IMG/VR virus record: IMGVR_UViG_3300034092_001898
Location: 1 to 64,000 of that record
Length of the DNA stretch: 64,000 nucleotides
DNA from: a virus
Strand: one strand, 5' to 3'
Shown piece after piece: positions 16,955 to 27,304 of the stretch. The position numbers and the translations under genes were made by a program. The first letter of the stretch is position 1, and every line of letters begins with the position of its first letter. A model generated the notes under the pieces. The model worked only from the letters and a program-made list of their open reading frames with translations. It made no database searches and was not told where the DNA came from.

Positions 16955-17468
16955 TACACATTTCGGCCACGCCAAAGCCTGCTCTTTCCTGGACGCCAAT
17001 GGCAACAAGACACGACCATGGGATACCGCAGAGGCCATGGATGAGGCAATGGTAGAACGGTGGAATGCAGTTGTCAAACCGCAAGACACTGTGTATCACC
17101 TAGGCGATGTTGCAATTCCGCGAAAGTCACTTCAGATCCTTGGTCGTCTTAATGGCAAGAAAGCATTGATCCGGGGAAACCACGACATTTTCAATCTTTC
17201 CGACTACACCGCTTTCTTTTATGAGGTTCGGGGAGCCTTCGTAAACAAGGATCACTACCTATTCTCCCATATTCCTTGCCATCGTGGCTCAGTAGAGCGG
17301 TATCGTGGCAACATTCATGGCCACCTGCATACAGGACGAATTACACTACCTGACGGCACCATTGATCCGCTTTACTATTCGGTGTGCGTGGAGCACACTA
17401 ATTTCACGCCAATCGCCTGGGAAGTAGTGAAGGCCGAAATGGAATCCCTCCAGTCAGATTTGAACTGA
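16932..17468 (+). CDS. Calcineurin-like metallophosphoesterase
   Basis: SDTHFGH, HLGD, GNHD, SHIP, HGHLH motifs. Confidence 0.92.
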   Translation: MTLFLISDTHFGHAKACSFLDANGNKTRPWDTAEAMDEAMVERWNAVVKPQDTVYHLGDVAIPRKSLQILGRLNGKKALIRGNHDIFNLSDYTAFFYEVRGAFVNKDHYLFSHIPCHRGSVERYRGNIHGHLHTGRITLPDGTIDPLYYSVCVEHTNFTPIAWEVVKAEMESLQSDLN

Positions 17469-17645
17469 CACTATGCGCCTTTTAAGGGCGCTGCCTCTTC
17501 CGGTTGGGCTATGGAGGGGAAAGTTGTTCGGTCCAGTACACTGCGGCCCCAGCAGCCAAAAGCCGCCGATTCAATCTAATTGCTTCACGAGTGGGCAGGC
17601 AAGCCTCATAACGCTTGCCTTGCAACGAATAGCAAAGCCTGACCA

Positions 17646-17882
17646 TCAGCAGTCGTAAATCCGACATTCAATCATAGTGGGATCTTCCCTACACTTTCTG
17701 TCCCAAAACAAGTCCCTATCGTTTTCCTCCATTGCTCGATGATAGTCCGCAAGGCATTGCGAATACTCGCTGGTCAGGTGGAAAGACGGGTTGCCACTAT
17801 CCACGTTATCGCAAGTGTCATAAGCAGCATCAACAAGTTCAAGCCAGGCTGCTTCTGCTTTTGCGCTGAGCATCTGGATCAT
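17646..17882 (-). CDS. CP12-like protein
   Basis: AAWLELV resembles CP12 AWD.VEEL; C-terminus FWDRKCREDPTMIECRIYDC matches C-x8-C-R-x-YD; about 78 aa. Confidence 0.6.
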   Translation of the reverse strand: MIQMLSAKAEAAWLELVDAAYDTCDNVDSGNPSFHLTSEYSQCLADYHRAMEENDRDLFWDRKCREDPTMIECRIYDC

Positions 17883-18119
17883 GGGAAGCGGCGAGTCGTT
17901 CAGCCGTAGTCTAGCCTGCCTCTGCAGCCTGACGCCGCGCCTCTCTTTCAGCTTTTCGTAACTTAGGCAAAAGTTTGGGTTCATAGAAATGATCCGCTGC
18001 CAGCAGTTGCAATGCTGTTTGCTTGTCGGCATCAAGCAGTGCCAGCAGAAAAGTGATTTCTTTTGCCTCTAAGTCAACAAGCACCTTACCACAGGAAAAC
18101 TATTGCCATACTAATGGCA

Positions 18120-19499
18120 TCAGCGAACCAGAGAATTGATCCAGTCAATATCATCGCCTTCCGATGCCACCATGATGGCGGCAGCCAATGCAAAGGGAAA
18201 GTCGTCTACGTTTGCTTCCTTACCACCAGTCACTGTCCATTGCCCCGATTGGCGATACACCACGCTAAGGTTTTTGATTTGCTTGATTGCGACTTCGTGA
18301 GGGTACAGGCTAATCAGGCCAGCATTAAACAACTGCCGCATCTTGCTAAAAGCCTTCATTTTCGTAGAAACGCTCCAGGTTAGTTCGCTAATTGGAAAGC
18401 TCTCCGCAAGTGTTTGAATGGTGGAGGCACTATTGAATTGATCAAGAACGATCTCTTTGAAGCCGTAAGCCTTATGGTGCTCCACAATCCATTGCTCTAC
18501 ACCCTTAATGTTGACTTCTCTTTTGCCATTGATTTCAAAGTCGGCATCAAAAGAATGAAACTTGTCCACGATTAGCATTTCGCCTTCATAGTGAACAATG
18601 GCCGCAGTGTAGTTGTCGCGGCCAACACCACCTTTAGCAGGGTCTAGAGCCAAGTAGTAGGTGCTTTGAAAGTCGCGTTGTGGCAGTAAGATACCACGCT
18701 TTTTGTCTACGGCAGCCTCCACCACTTCTGGAGCCAGCAAGGCGGATAGATTCTTGGAGAACTGAGCACCATATTCCACCCAAAACTTTTCCGGGTCGCG
18801 TTTAAGTTCTGCCTCCAAGAAGCTACAGCCCCATGGCAAGTTGGGATTGATTTCCCATGTTGGAATGTTGATGGCCTGCATGAACTTGTATTCACCACTT
18901 TGCGCCTCGCAGTAGTGTTCATAGAACAGGCCGTCCGTGAGCCACGGGGATGAAAGTTCTAGGATTCGTCCATTGTCACCAAATTGGGCAATCGAGGGAG
19001 AGAGAGCAGTGTAAATGGCCTTGGCTCCACGGTTGGCGTCACCTTCAATGCTGAACGCAAGTTCATCCATGATGACCATGACCACGGCTTTACCGCGAGA
19101 AGCACGCGCTGAAGCTGGGATTGCCTGGAACACGCAACCATTGCTAATTTCAATCTCAGTGGCCGTTTCCCTGATGATTTCTTTGGCGAACTGGCTGTCA
19201 ATCAGCAGTTGTCGAATGTTGTTCAGTGCGAGCTTGGCTTGGCTTTGGTCGTTGGCAATGGTGACAACATACCATTTTTCCTTTTTTCTTACCTTGCGCC
19301 TGTAGCGTTCCTCTAGGGCAAAGCAAACGTAGAGGGCTGCCACGGCGGCAAGCAGAGTTTTGCCTGATCTGCGCCCAAGAGCCCAAACACCATGCGTTTT
19401 AGTGCCATTAAAGTATTCGTCAACAATCTCCTTTTGCTTGTCCCACAAGGTAAGACCTAGTGCGTATTCAGCAAACTGCGAGCACTTGAGCATTGTCAA
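18120..19499 (-). CDS. terL: Terminase large subunit
   Basis: Walker A GRRSGKT, Walker B VIMDE, LSSP motif III, RNase H LALDPA..DD. Confidence 0.92.
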   Translation of the reverse strand: MTMLKCSQFAEYALGLTLWDKQKEIVDEYFNGTKTHGVWALGRRSGKTLLAAVAALYVCFALEERYRRKVRKKEKWYVVTIANDQSQAKLALNNIRQLLIDSQFAKEIIRETATEIEISNGCVFQAIPASARASRGKAVVMVIMDELAFSIEGDANRGAKAIYTALSPSIAQFGDNGRILELSSPWLTDGLFYEHYCEAQSGEYKFMQAINIPTWEINPNLPWGCSFLEAELKRDPEKFWVEYGAQFSKNLSALLAPEVVEAAVDKKRGILLPQRDFQSTYYLALDPAKGGVGRDNYTAAIVHYEGEMLIVDKFHSFDADFEINGKREVNIKGVEQWIVEHHKAYGFKEIVLDQFNSASTIQTLAESFPISELTWSVSTKMKAFSKMRQLFNAGLISLYPHEVAIKQIKNLSVVYRQSGQWTVTGGKEANVDDFPFALAAAIMVASEGDDIDWINSLVR

Positions 19500-19977
19500 A
19501 GGTGGCTATTGGCGATAGTGCGGACTGTGGAATAAAGTATGCCTTGCGGCCTTGCCTCGGAGTGTAGGCGTATTGTGGCTGCATAGCTTTTTCGCTGTTA
19601 ATCCAGCCATGAATGAACAACTGCTCGGGATTCATCCAAGTAACTAGAATATAGCGCTTACCTGGCTTGTCAGAAAGTTGCACGATTAGGTCCCGATCAT
19701 GACCTTTGCGTGTCTTAACGTCAATGTCTGGTGGTAGGTCAATGGAGTCACGCTTAGCCTCTATCTCCTGATAAAGAAAGTCTTTTAGCCCTAGGTGCTT
19801 GGCTACTGCCATTTCGCCCATGGCGCCAATGATGTGCATTTCAAGGGCCTTGTCTCCGGTTCTAGCCCCACCATTCCTCCCCCATAGGCCCTTGGCTTCA
19901 TTTGTTGCCTGGCGTCGATTGGCCTCCGCGATGGCGTCAGCGACCTCTTCTTCAGTCAGAACGATTGACAGGGGCAC
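19468..19977 (-). CDS. PD-(D/E)XK-like nuclease-fold protein
   Basis: GAMGEMAVAK..D...IDVKT motif; GTG start inferred. Confidence 0.6.
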   Translation of the reverse strand: MPLSIVLTEEEVADAIAEANRRQATNEAKGLWGRNGGARTGDKALEMHIIGAMGEMAVAKHLGLKDFLYQEIEAKRDSIDLPPDIDVKTRKGHDRDLIVQLSDKPGKRYILVTWMNPEQLFIHGWINSEKAMQPQYAYTPRQGRKAYFIPQSALSPIATFDNAQVLAVC

Positions 19978-20038
19978 GAAAAAAGCGCAACCGCCATTAT
20001 CATAACGGGAACTAGAGTGGGAGAAACAAGCCAACAAT

Positions 20039-22123
20039 ATGACCACACTAAACACAGCCAACGGTGGCCCCATTGTGCCCCTTGGGCACTTTGATGGTGA
20101 CGGCTATAGGGCTGACGGCCTTGCAAATGTCTTTACTGGCATGGGAACCAGTCGGGATAAGTCGCAAGCCACCACAACTCAGCCAATCATTTTCTTGACA
20201 CAAGAAGAACTGGAAGGGTTGTATGGAGAATGGATACCGCGACGAGTGGTGGATATTGTTGCCGATCAATCCACTCGCAAAGGCTTTCGCATCCTCTTTG
20301 GCGGTGATGGCGTTAAAGCCAAGGAAGTGGTGGGGATGGAGCAGGTTATTGAAGACCTAATGATCCTGGAGCACTTTAACCTCGCCAGCAAAAACGAAAG
20401 ACTTTATGGCGGGGCAGCAATTCTGCTCTACATCAACGATGGTCGGAGCGCTGATCAGCCTGTCAACAAGAATGGCATCATAGAAGTGGAAGGAATGGAA
20501 GTGCTTGACCGCTATCAAATTGCTCCAGTAATTAGCGAAGACAGTCTCTACGACTACGCGAAAGCCACTCATTACCAAATCATTTCAGGCGACCTCATTC
20601 AACAGCCATCGCTCTTAAGGATTCATAAAGATCGCATTTTGCGTTTTGATGGCATGTGGCTCCCATACCGGATTCGACAGAGGAACTATGGGTGGGGCCT
20701 GAGCAGTTTGCAGCCAATTTACGATAGCTTTCGCCACTACTGGACTGGCATTCATTCATCGTCCATGCTTTTAAGTGAGTTTGACATCTTTGTCCACAAG
20801 ATCCGCAACTTGTCTCAAATGCTTGCCAATGGCAAAGAGGCTGACGTGAAAAATAGGCTAATCCTGAATGACATGAGCAAGAGCGTGTATCGGGGATTTG
20901 CCATTGACGCAGAAAAAGAGGAGCTTGAGTTTATCAGTCGGCAATTCTCTGGCATTGGAGAAGTATTAGAGAAACTGCGAGTAGACATTATTGGCGCTTC
21001 GCAGATTCCCCATACGATCCTGTTTGGTGAAAGCCCAAGTGGAATTGGGGCCACTGGCCGCAGTGAGGAGCGAGATTTTGCCAAGCTCTTGGGCGACTAT
21101 CAGAGCAGTCACTTCCGCCGCCCATTGAAAAAGCTCATGGAATACCTTTTGCTCAGCAAGCAAGGTCCGACCAATGGGCAAATCCCCGATTCGTGGCGGA
21201 TTAAGTTCAATGATCTGTTTGAACTAAACGAACGGGAGAAGGCTGACGTAAGAGCGCGAGTGGCCGCCGTTGATGGCCGTTACATCCAACTTGGTGTGCT
21301 GCATCCCAAGGAGGTGGCTGATGCCCGATATGGCGGCAGCGAATGGACAATGGAACTGACGCTTGACCCATCGCTACCTCGTGAACTGCCTCAGGCGACA
21401 CAAGGCAAGCCTGTACCGCCTGGTGGTCGTGATCCGTTGAATGAGGAAAATGGTACGTTGCCAATGGACGGAAGCCGGGAGGTGCAAGACAGTGAAGCTG
21501 GTTTGTTCATGCCACGGGACTTAGAGGAGCGACGTGGAGACGTGAAGTTCACTGACGAGAGCCTGCACAGTCAAGCCGTATCGGCAGCAAAAAGCAAGTT
21601 TAAGGTTTGGCCATCGGCCTATGCGAGTGGCTATGTCGTTCAACAATACAAAGTTCTCTATAAGAAAAAACACGGTTCACTCTCAGGCGCTTTCAAGGGG
21701 GACGATGGTGAAATCCATGCCGATGACCTTGATAAGTGGTTTCAAGAGAAGTGGGTGAGGATTGGTGGCAATGGTGAAATCATGGGGCCTTGTGGTGGTC
21801 GCAGCGAAGGGGAAGGCAAGCCCAAGTGCCTCCCAAAAGCAAAGGCCGAAGCGATGAGCCAGGAGGAGCGTCAAACGATTGTTTCTCGCAAACGCAAAGC
21901 CGATCCCGACCCAGGAAGGAAAGGGGCTGCGCGAATGGTGAGCAGCAAGGTTGACGCCATTGATCCATTGAAGGTGGAGGGCACCATTATTGGCGGCATT
22001 GACGAAGCCGCCCTGATCGAGGAGGCCGACATTCGGGCGGCGCTGGAGGAATGGAAACAAGAGGCGCCGGAGAGGTACAAAACGCTGCTGGAAGCCACTG
22101 ATCTTGACCCGCAGCAACAATGA
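20039..22123 (+). CDS. Portal protein (DUF1073 type) with C-terminal DUF5872-like extension
   Basis: DGL.NV.TG.GT..DK, RLYGGA, IP.T.LFGESP.G..ATG; tail has WPSAYASG and LDKWF.EKWV..PKCLP. Confidence 0.88.
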   Translation: MTTLNTANGGPIVPLGHFDGDGYRADGLANVFTGMGTSRDKSQATTTQPIIFLTQEELEGLYGEWIPRRVVDIVADQSTRKGFRILFGGDGVKAKEVVGMEQVIEDLMILEHFNLASKNERLYGGAAILLYINDGRSADQPVNKNGIIEVEGMEVLDRYQIAPVISEDSLYDYAKATHYQIISGDLIQQPSLLRIHKDRILRFDGMWLPYRIRQRNYGWGLSSLQPIYDSFRHYWTGIHSSSMLLSEFDIFVHKIRNLSQMLANGKEADVKNRLILNDMSKSVYRGFAIDAEKEELEFISRQFSGIGEVLEKLRVDIIGASQIPHTILFGESPSGIGATGRSEERDFAKLLGDYQSSHFRRPLKKLMEYLLLSKQGPTNGQIPDSWRIKFNDLFELNEREKADVRARVAAVDGRYIQLGVLHPKEVADARYGGSEWTMELTLDPSLPRELPQATQGKPVPPGGRDPLNEENGTLPMDGSREVQDSEAGLFMPRDLEERRGDVKFTDESLHSQAVSAAKSKFKVWPSAYASGYVVQQYKVLYKKKHGSLSGAFKGDDGEIHADDLDKWFQEKWVRIGGNGEIMGPCGGRSEGEGKPKCLPKAKAEAMSQEERQTIVSRKRKADPDPGRKGAARMVSSKVDAIDPLKVEGTIIGGIDEAALIEEADIRAALEEWKQEAPERYKTLLEATDLDPQQQ

Positions 22124-22797
22124 TGCAAGAGCTATCTCCCGTTTCTCTTTTCGCTGATTCCATTGCCCTTAGCGCCAGGCTTGACGAGGAATGGTCCTAC
22201 GATCCGCGCACAGGTCGCTACAGGGCTGCCAATGGCCGCTTCCTAAGCGGGGCCACCGTTGAGGCACTTGTTGATGGAAGGATTCGTAAAACCAAAAGTG
22301 ACTTGAGGGCCTTAACTGCATCTTTGGCCGATGGCACTTTAAGCATAGAGCAATGGCAAGTGCAAGCAAGGGCTGAAATCAAGCGTGCTCACATTCAGGC
22401 GGCATTGGTCGGGAATGGTGGTATGCAGGGGATGGATGCGGCAGCGTGGGGCCGTGTTGGCTGGCGACTTAGGGAGGAGTACCGCTATCTAGAGGGCTTT
22501 GCCAAGGACCTCCTAGAGCAGAGAGTGTCAGTGCCAATGGCCTTGGCTCGAATCAGCCTCTACGCCGATAGTGTCAGGGGCTCGTATTGGACCGGCACCA
22601 CTATTCGCCAGGAAAAGCAGGGCTATACGCTGATGAAACGCATTCTCGATCCACAGGCCCAGCATTGCGAAGACTGCCTTCGCTATGCCGCTGCGGGAAT
22701 GGTGGCCCTGGGGGCACTGCCAATGCCAGGACAGCGTTGTGAATGTAAGGCGAGATGTCGTTGCAGCATTCGGTATTATCGTTCGCAAATGCCGTAA
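22120..22797 (+). CDS. Head morphogenesis / minor head protein (Mu gpF-like)
   Basis: Follows portal; C-terminal HCEDC..PG..C.C...CRC. Confidence 0.75.
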   Translation: MMQELSPVSLFADSIALSARLDEEWSYDPRTGRYRAANGRFLSGATVEALVDGRIRKTKSDLRALTASLADGTLSIEQWQVQARAEIKRAHIQAALVGNGGMQGMDAAAWGRVGWRLREEYRYLEGFAKDLLEQRVSVPMALARISLYADSVRGSYWTGTTIRQEKQGYTLMKRILDPQAQHCEDCLRYAAAGMVALGALPMPGQRCECKARCRCSIRYYRSQMP

Positions 22798-22831
22798 AGA
22801 CCACTACTATGGTGGCAGTTATTCATTCCTT

Positions 22832-24052
22832 GTGGCACGGATTCTCTATTGCGGCGACATTGGCGCCCAGACAGGTTTTGGGCGTGTAGCAGAGGAGCTT
22901 ATTCCTCGCTTGACGGATAAGCATGAAATCTATGGCCTAGCCGTGAATTGGCATGGCGATCCGTCGCCCATGCAGCAGTATTGCCGCATGTATCCTGCCC
23001 ATGCTGGCGGGCCTGATCCATTTGGCTCCCATCGGATCGCAGACTTGGCCGCAGCCATCAAGCCGGATCTTGTGTGGATGACTAACGATCTGTGGTGCCT
23101 GCCCCCTCTGCTTTCGGCATTGAAGCCAGTACGGGAGCAAGTGCCAATGAAAGTGTATGGCTATGTGCCCATTGACTCTTACGGTATCTTTCCGGAGTTC
23201 ATGCCACATCTTGACGGGCTTGACGGCCTCGGCACTTATACGCAGTTCGGCAAAGAGGAGATCGTAAAAGCTGGATACTCTGGCATCATTGACGTGATTC
23301 CTCATGGCGTAGACCGTTCCAAGTTCTTTCCATTGGACCGCAATGAAGCTCGACAAGCCATGGGCATTGGGAAAGATGACTTTGTGGTCTTTAATGGCAA
23401 TCGCAATCAGCCGCGCAAGCGCATTGACATTACCATTAAGGGCTTTATTCGTTTTGCCAAGAACCGCCCTAATGCAAGGCTGTGGCTTCACATGGGAACC
23501 AAGGATCAAGGGTGGGACATTATCCCCTTGTTCAATCGTGTGGCGCGAGACTATGGGTATGATCCGGCTGGTCGCCTGATCCTGACCAATCACAACTTCA
23601 GCGTTAACAACTGCCTGTCCATTGCCGACCTTAACCGGGCGTACAATGCCGCTGATATTGGTGTCAACACTTGCATTGCTGAAGGCTGGGGGCTTGTCAA
23701 CTTTGAGCAGGCTGCTACTGGTGTAGCACAACTTGTGCCGGATCACACCAGCCTGAAGGAGATTTTCTATGGCGTCAAACGCATTGATTGCCTTGAGGCC
23801 GAGACTGATCGTGGTTATGGATTGGAGCGCCCCATTCCATCTGCTGTAAGCATGGCCGAGCGGCTTGCGGAATACTATGAAAATCCTCAGGCACTGCAAG
23901 ATGCGGGAGAATGGTGTTTCAGTCGTGCCACTGATCCAGCTTATGACTGGAATACGATTGTTAAGCAAATGACTGGCATCATTGATCGCTGTCTGAACGA
24001 ACAGCCAACACCTATTTTCAAGGGCTTTGGCACTCCCGTGAGGCTGGGATGA
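22832..24052 (+). CDS. Glycosyltransferase family 4 (GT-B)
   Basis: TGFGRV, IPHGVD..F.P, NRNQPRKR, YNAAD, EGWGL..E. Confidence 0.9.
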   Translation: MARILYCGDIGAQTGFGRVAEELIPRLTDKHEIYGLAVNWHGDPSPMQQYCRMYPAHAGGPDPFGSHRIADLAAAIKPDLVWMTNDLWCLPPLLSALKPVREQVPMKVYGYVPIDSYGIFPEFMPHLDGLDGLGTYTQFGKEEIVKAGYSGIIDVIPHGVDRSKFFPLDRNEARQAMGIGKDDFVVFNGNRNQPRKRIDITIKGFIRFAKNRPNARLWLHMGTKDQGWDIIPLFNRVARDYGYDPAGRLILTNHNFSVNNCLSIADLNRAYNAADIGVNTCIAEGWGLVNFEQAATGVAQLVPDHTSLKEIFYGVKRIDCLEAETDRGYGLERPIPSAVSMAERLAEYYENPQALQDAGEWCFSRATDPAYDWNTIVKQMTGIIDRCLNEQPTPIFKGFGTPVRLG

Positions 24053-24765
24053 TGCAAGTTTCACAGATTTTTCTTAATGAAGCGAATAGCCTTGAGCTAT
24101 CGCCTCAGTTGCAATACGCAACGGGTACGGTCAAGGCTTTGTTTCCTGGTGCTGATTACAGGCTCTACGGAAAAGAAGACCTGCGCAGTTTAATCAAGAG
24201 CCATTACGACGAAGAAGTGCTGTGGGCATTTGACACTCTCCGCCCCTATTCATATAAGGCTGACCTTGGCCGCTTTTGTATCTTGAACGCTTTGGGCGGC
24301 TGGTATTTTGACATTGGAGTCAGGGGCGCTGCTCCGGTTGAGATTGGCGAGAGGATCAAGTTCTTGGCCTTTCGTGACATTCAGCGCTTTAGCTTTACGA
24401 GCTTTGCTTGTGCTACTACCGTTCTTTATTCCCAACGCAACAATCATGCCCTGTCCATTGCGATTCGTCAAATCGTAGAGAATTGCAAACGGGAATACTA
24501 TGGCATCACTCCATTGTGCCCCACTGGCCCGACGCTGCTTGGACAGGCACTTGCCAGGCATGGTAGCGATGCGGACTATGTGTTTGGTGATTACATGGAG
24601 TTGACGCCTTCGCATGAGCAAAAGAATCGTGCTTTCGTGCTGCCTAATGGCACAATTATGGCTTGGAGCAAACCTGCCGGTGGTGGCGACCTGACCGCTC
24701 TTGGAGCCACTGGTGTCAATAATTACAACGAGCTTTGGGCCGCACGCAAGGTGTACGCAGCATGA
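24049..24765 (+). CDS. Glycosyltransferase, DXD sugar-binding (GT32-like)
   Basis: YKADLGRFCIL..GGWYFD, TGPTLLG. Confidence 0.85.
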   Translation: MMQVSQIFLNEANSLELSPQLQYATGTVKALFPGADYRLYGKEDLRSLIKSHYDEEVLWAFDTLRPYSYKADLGRFCILNALGGWYFDIGVRGAAPVEIGERIKFLAFRDIQRFSFTSFACATTVLYSQRNNHALSIAIRQIVENCKREYYGITPLCPTGPTLLGQALARHGSDADYVFGDYMELTPSHEQKNRAFVLPNGTIMAWSKPAGGGDLTALGATGVNNYNELWAARKVYAA

Positions 24766-25415
24766 ACCATCTAACTGAACTCGCCAACAGCTACAACAGC
24801 GACAAAGGTAACGTCTACAAATGCGCCCATTATTACACTCAGCACTACGAAAAAGTATTTAATAAGTATAAAAATAAGACTGACTTTTCTTTGTTGGAAA
24901 TCGGGCTAAATCGTGACGATTGCAGTGAAGTACCGTCGCTTCGCATGTACCGAGATTACTTTGGGAAAGAGGCCAAATTGTCAGGCTTTGATATTCGCCC
25001 AGAATTTAAAGCTTTTGAAAGCGCAGGCTTTGAAATCTTTACAGGCGACCAATCTTCACCAGATAGTCTTAGCCAATGCTTGATTAATCAATATGACATC
25101 ATTATTGACGATGGCTCCCATGCATCTTCGCACCAACAAATTAGTCTTCGTGAGCTATGGCAAGCAGTGAAACCAGGGGGTATTTATGTGATTGAAGATT
25201 TGCACTGGCAGCCTTTTTCTGAATCGTGCTCTAGGACTGTGGCAGTGGCGGACCGCTGGAGTGCGGGCGACTTGAAACCTTCTACATTTTTTCCATTGCA
25301 ATGGATGGATCAATTCAAAAAAGATTTAAAGCACATTGAATTGCTTCCTTCCGCGAGCCCTCTGCATCCTGCTGATCTCACTCAAAAAGCTCTCCTCTTC
25401 CTTTGGAAACAATGA
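24762..25415 (+). CDS. Class I SAM-dependent (sugar O-)methyltransferase
   Basis: SDK..H.Y..HY, LLEIG, GDQS, DIIIDDGSH, KPGGIYVIEDL (MycE/demethylmacrocin-like). Confidence 0.85.
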   Translation: MNHLTELANSYNSDKGNVYKCAHYYTQHYEKVFNKYKNKTDFSLLEIGLNRDDCSEVPSLRMYRDYFGKEAKLSGFDIRPEFKAFESAGFEIFTGDQSSPDSLSQCLINQYDIIIDDGSHASSHQQISLRELWQAVKPGGIYVIEDLHWQPFSESCSRTVAVADRWSAGDLKPSTFFPLQWMDQFKKDLKHIELLPSASPLHPADLTQKALLFLWKQ

Positions 25416-26710
25416 CAACTAGCTGGGACTGTTTTGACACCTTGGTAACAAGGGCTCGCTTTGATCCCTTGACAGTCTTTGACTGGATGGGGGAGGAATA
25501 TAGCCTTGCAAATTTTACGCAACGGCGAAAAGCAGCAGAGAGTAGGGCGCCCAATACCTTGTCGTCTATCTATGAAGAACTGGCTAAAGATTTTCAATGG
25601 ACGACAGAGGAGAAAGAATATTACAAACAGAAAGAAATTGAAGCTGAATTGAAGCATTGTCTTCCCATTGAAGAGAATTTACGAAATGTGAAAGATGGGG
25701 ACTTAATTGTCAGTGACATGTATTTGCCTCGTGAGGCAATCGAAGGTATTCTGAGAAAGAATGGCATGGATAAAGCCGTTTCTTTCTATGTGAGCACTGG
25801 AGGTAAAAGCTCTGGCACCATTTGGCCACATCTTCCGCCTATTGATCTGCACGTAGGGGATAATGTTCACTCGGACGTGAGCAGTCCTCGCAGTCATGGC
25901 ATCAATGCCTTGCACTACACAGACATGCATTTCTCTCCCCACGAGCAAGCGGTGGGTGGAGAGCTAGCCCTGCTAATGAGAGTGGTGCGCCTTGCCAATC
26001 CTTACACCCCATGCACTGACTTCCATCGTCTCTGGTTTGAGCAGGCGCAGCTTAATGTGCCAGCGTTGGTACTAGCAGCAGCCTCGTTGCCTAAAGAAAA
26101 CCTAGCTTTTGTCTGGCGTGACTGCGTGCATTTGCAGCGTATTCACCAGCAATTGCATGGCACCCACAATGTTCAGTTTCATTGCTCAAGAGTGGCAATG
26201 GCAAGCGGAGGAGCCGAATGGAAGAAATATGCAGAGAACACCGCTAAAGGGAGAGTCATTGTTGACTTGCAGGGCAGTGGCAGGAGCGTTGTCCAATATT
26301 GGCGCGATAATTTCCAAGAAGCGCCGCAGTTGCTTTACATAACGGGAATGATGACACATGGTCATGCTTTAATTACAACTCCCACCGATGTGATTGAAAG
26401 GTTTAATTCTTCCTCCCTTGGGTCAATGGCGCAGTTTCCTGAGCGCTTTAAAAATGAGTTTGAAGAAGAGTTTTTGCAATGCCAAAAGAAAGCCATCGAC
26501 AAGGCTATAGAGTACATGCCATTCTTTAATTTAAAAGAAGAAAATCTTCCTCTTCTGGGCTCCATCATTCAACTGATGTATCATTCAAAAACTCCTTTGT
26601 TGACACCCCATCAAAGCAATCATTGTTCTGGCCATAAAGAGATGGACTGGCCCGCCGATAGATACTTGGACGATAAGATGGCTATATCAAGAGTTTTTGG
26701 TCATGACTAA
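25412..26710 (+). CDS. HAD-superfamily hydrolase of polysaccharide-cluster type
   Basis: SWDCFDTLV.R, VSDMYL, HVGDN.HSD. Confidence 0.85.
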   Translation: MTTSWDCFDTLVTRARFDPLTVFDWMGEEYSLANFTQRRKAAESRAPNTLSSIYEELAKDFQWTTEEKEYYKQKEIEAELKHCLPIEENLRNVKDGDLIVSDMYLPREAIEGILRKNGMDKAVSFYVSTGGKSSGTIWPHLPPIDLHVGDNVHSDVSSPRSHGINALHYTDMHFSPHEQAVGGELALLMRVVRLANPYTPCTDFHRLWFEQAQLNVPALVLAAASLPKENLAFVWRDCVHLQRIHQQLHGTHNVQFHCSRVAMASGGAEWKKYAENTAKGRVIVDLQGSGRSVVQYWRDNFQEAPQLLYITGMMTHGHALITTPTDVIERFNSSSLGSMAQFPERFKNEFEEEFLQCQKKAIDKAIEYMPFFNLKEENLPLLGSIIQLMYHSKTPLLTPHQSNHCSGHKEMDWPADRYLDDKMAISRVFGHD

Positions 26711-26744
26711 TAAGCAAAAACAAGCCAAAGTTGCCAAGGTTTAG
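26703..26744 (+). pseudogene. Orphaned 5' end of DUF6496-like gene (MTNKQKQAKVAKV*)
   Basis: Similar to the N-terminus of ORF 27305 (MSSRKQRQKIARV); truncated exactly at the HNH stop. Confidence 0.6.
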
Positions 26745-27262
26745 TCCTGATCTGCGACAATATGATTCCATTGCCGATTTTTTTCAATATGACTAATTGT
26801 TGTTCGTGTTACGTTTATTGCTTTTGCAAGCATGTTTCGGGACAGGGACGGATTGGCAAGTAATATATTTTTAATGGCGGCTACTTGTTCTTCTGATAAT
26901 TTGCTCCGACCATTGTTGATTCCTTTATGAGTGCCATGAAGAATAGAATCTTGGCAATTCTTCTCTGGCGTACCCCAAATTAAATTAATGGCTCTATTGT
27001 CGTAGCGATTGCCATTCAAATGACGAACAACTTCAAAGTCTTTGGGCTTGCCATGAAAAGCTTCGCAAACAAGCCTGTGAACCTGTCGAGTTAACCCAGA
27101 TACGCCGCTGGGATAAAGACCTACCTTTCCGTAAGGACCAGAAAAATTCACCTTAAGAAGAATCCGCCTGTCGTCTTTGTACTTACAAACGCGACCTTCA
27201 CTGCTGACCTCATAGAGTCCGTCGGTTTCCGCTATGGGCATCCAGGTTTCCTCGTTAGACAT
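26741..27262 (-). mobile_element. Free-standing NUMOD4-HNH homing endonuclease
   Basis: ETWMPI..YEVSSEGRV, VHRLV..AF, HLNG...DNR..NL.WGT..N; lower GC; antisense to operon. Confidence 0.85.
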
Positions 27263-27304
27263 TGAATCGTCTTGCTAGAATTAAAGAAAGTATAGCATGG
27301 AACA

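Noticed and set aside
20039-22123. Anti-CBASS Acb1 phosphodiesterase
   Set aside because: No paired HxT/S 2H motifs seen; position and motifs indicate a portal protein.
22937-24064. 375-aa minus-strand ORF
   Set aside because: Antisense shadow of the GT4 gene.
26741-27304. Group I intron carrying the HNH
   Set aside because: The HNH ORF fills almost the whole insert, leaving no room for a ribozyme core; the downstream gene has its own start and promoter.
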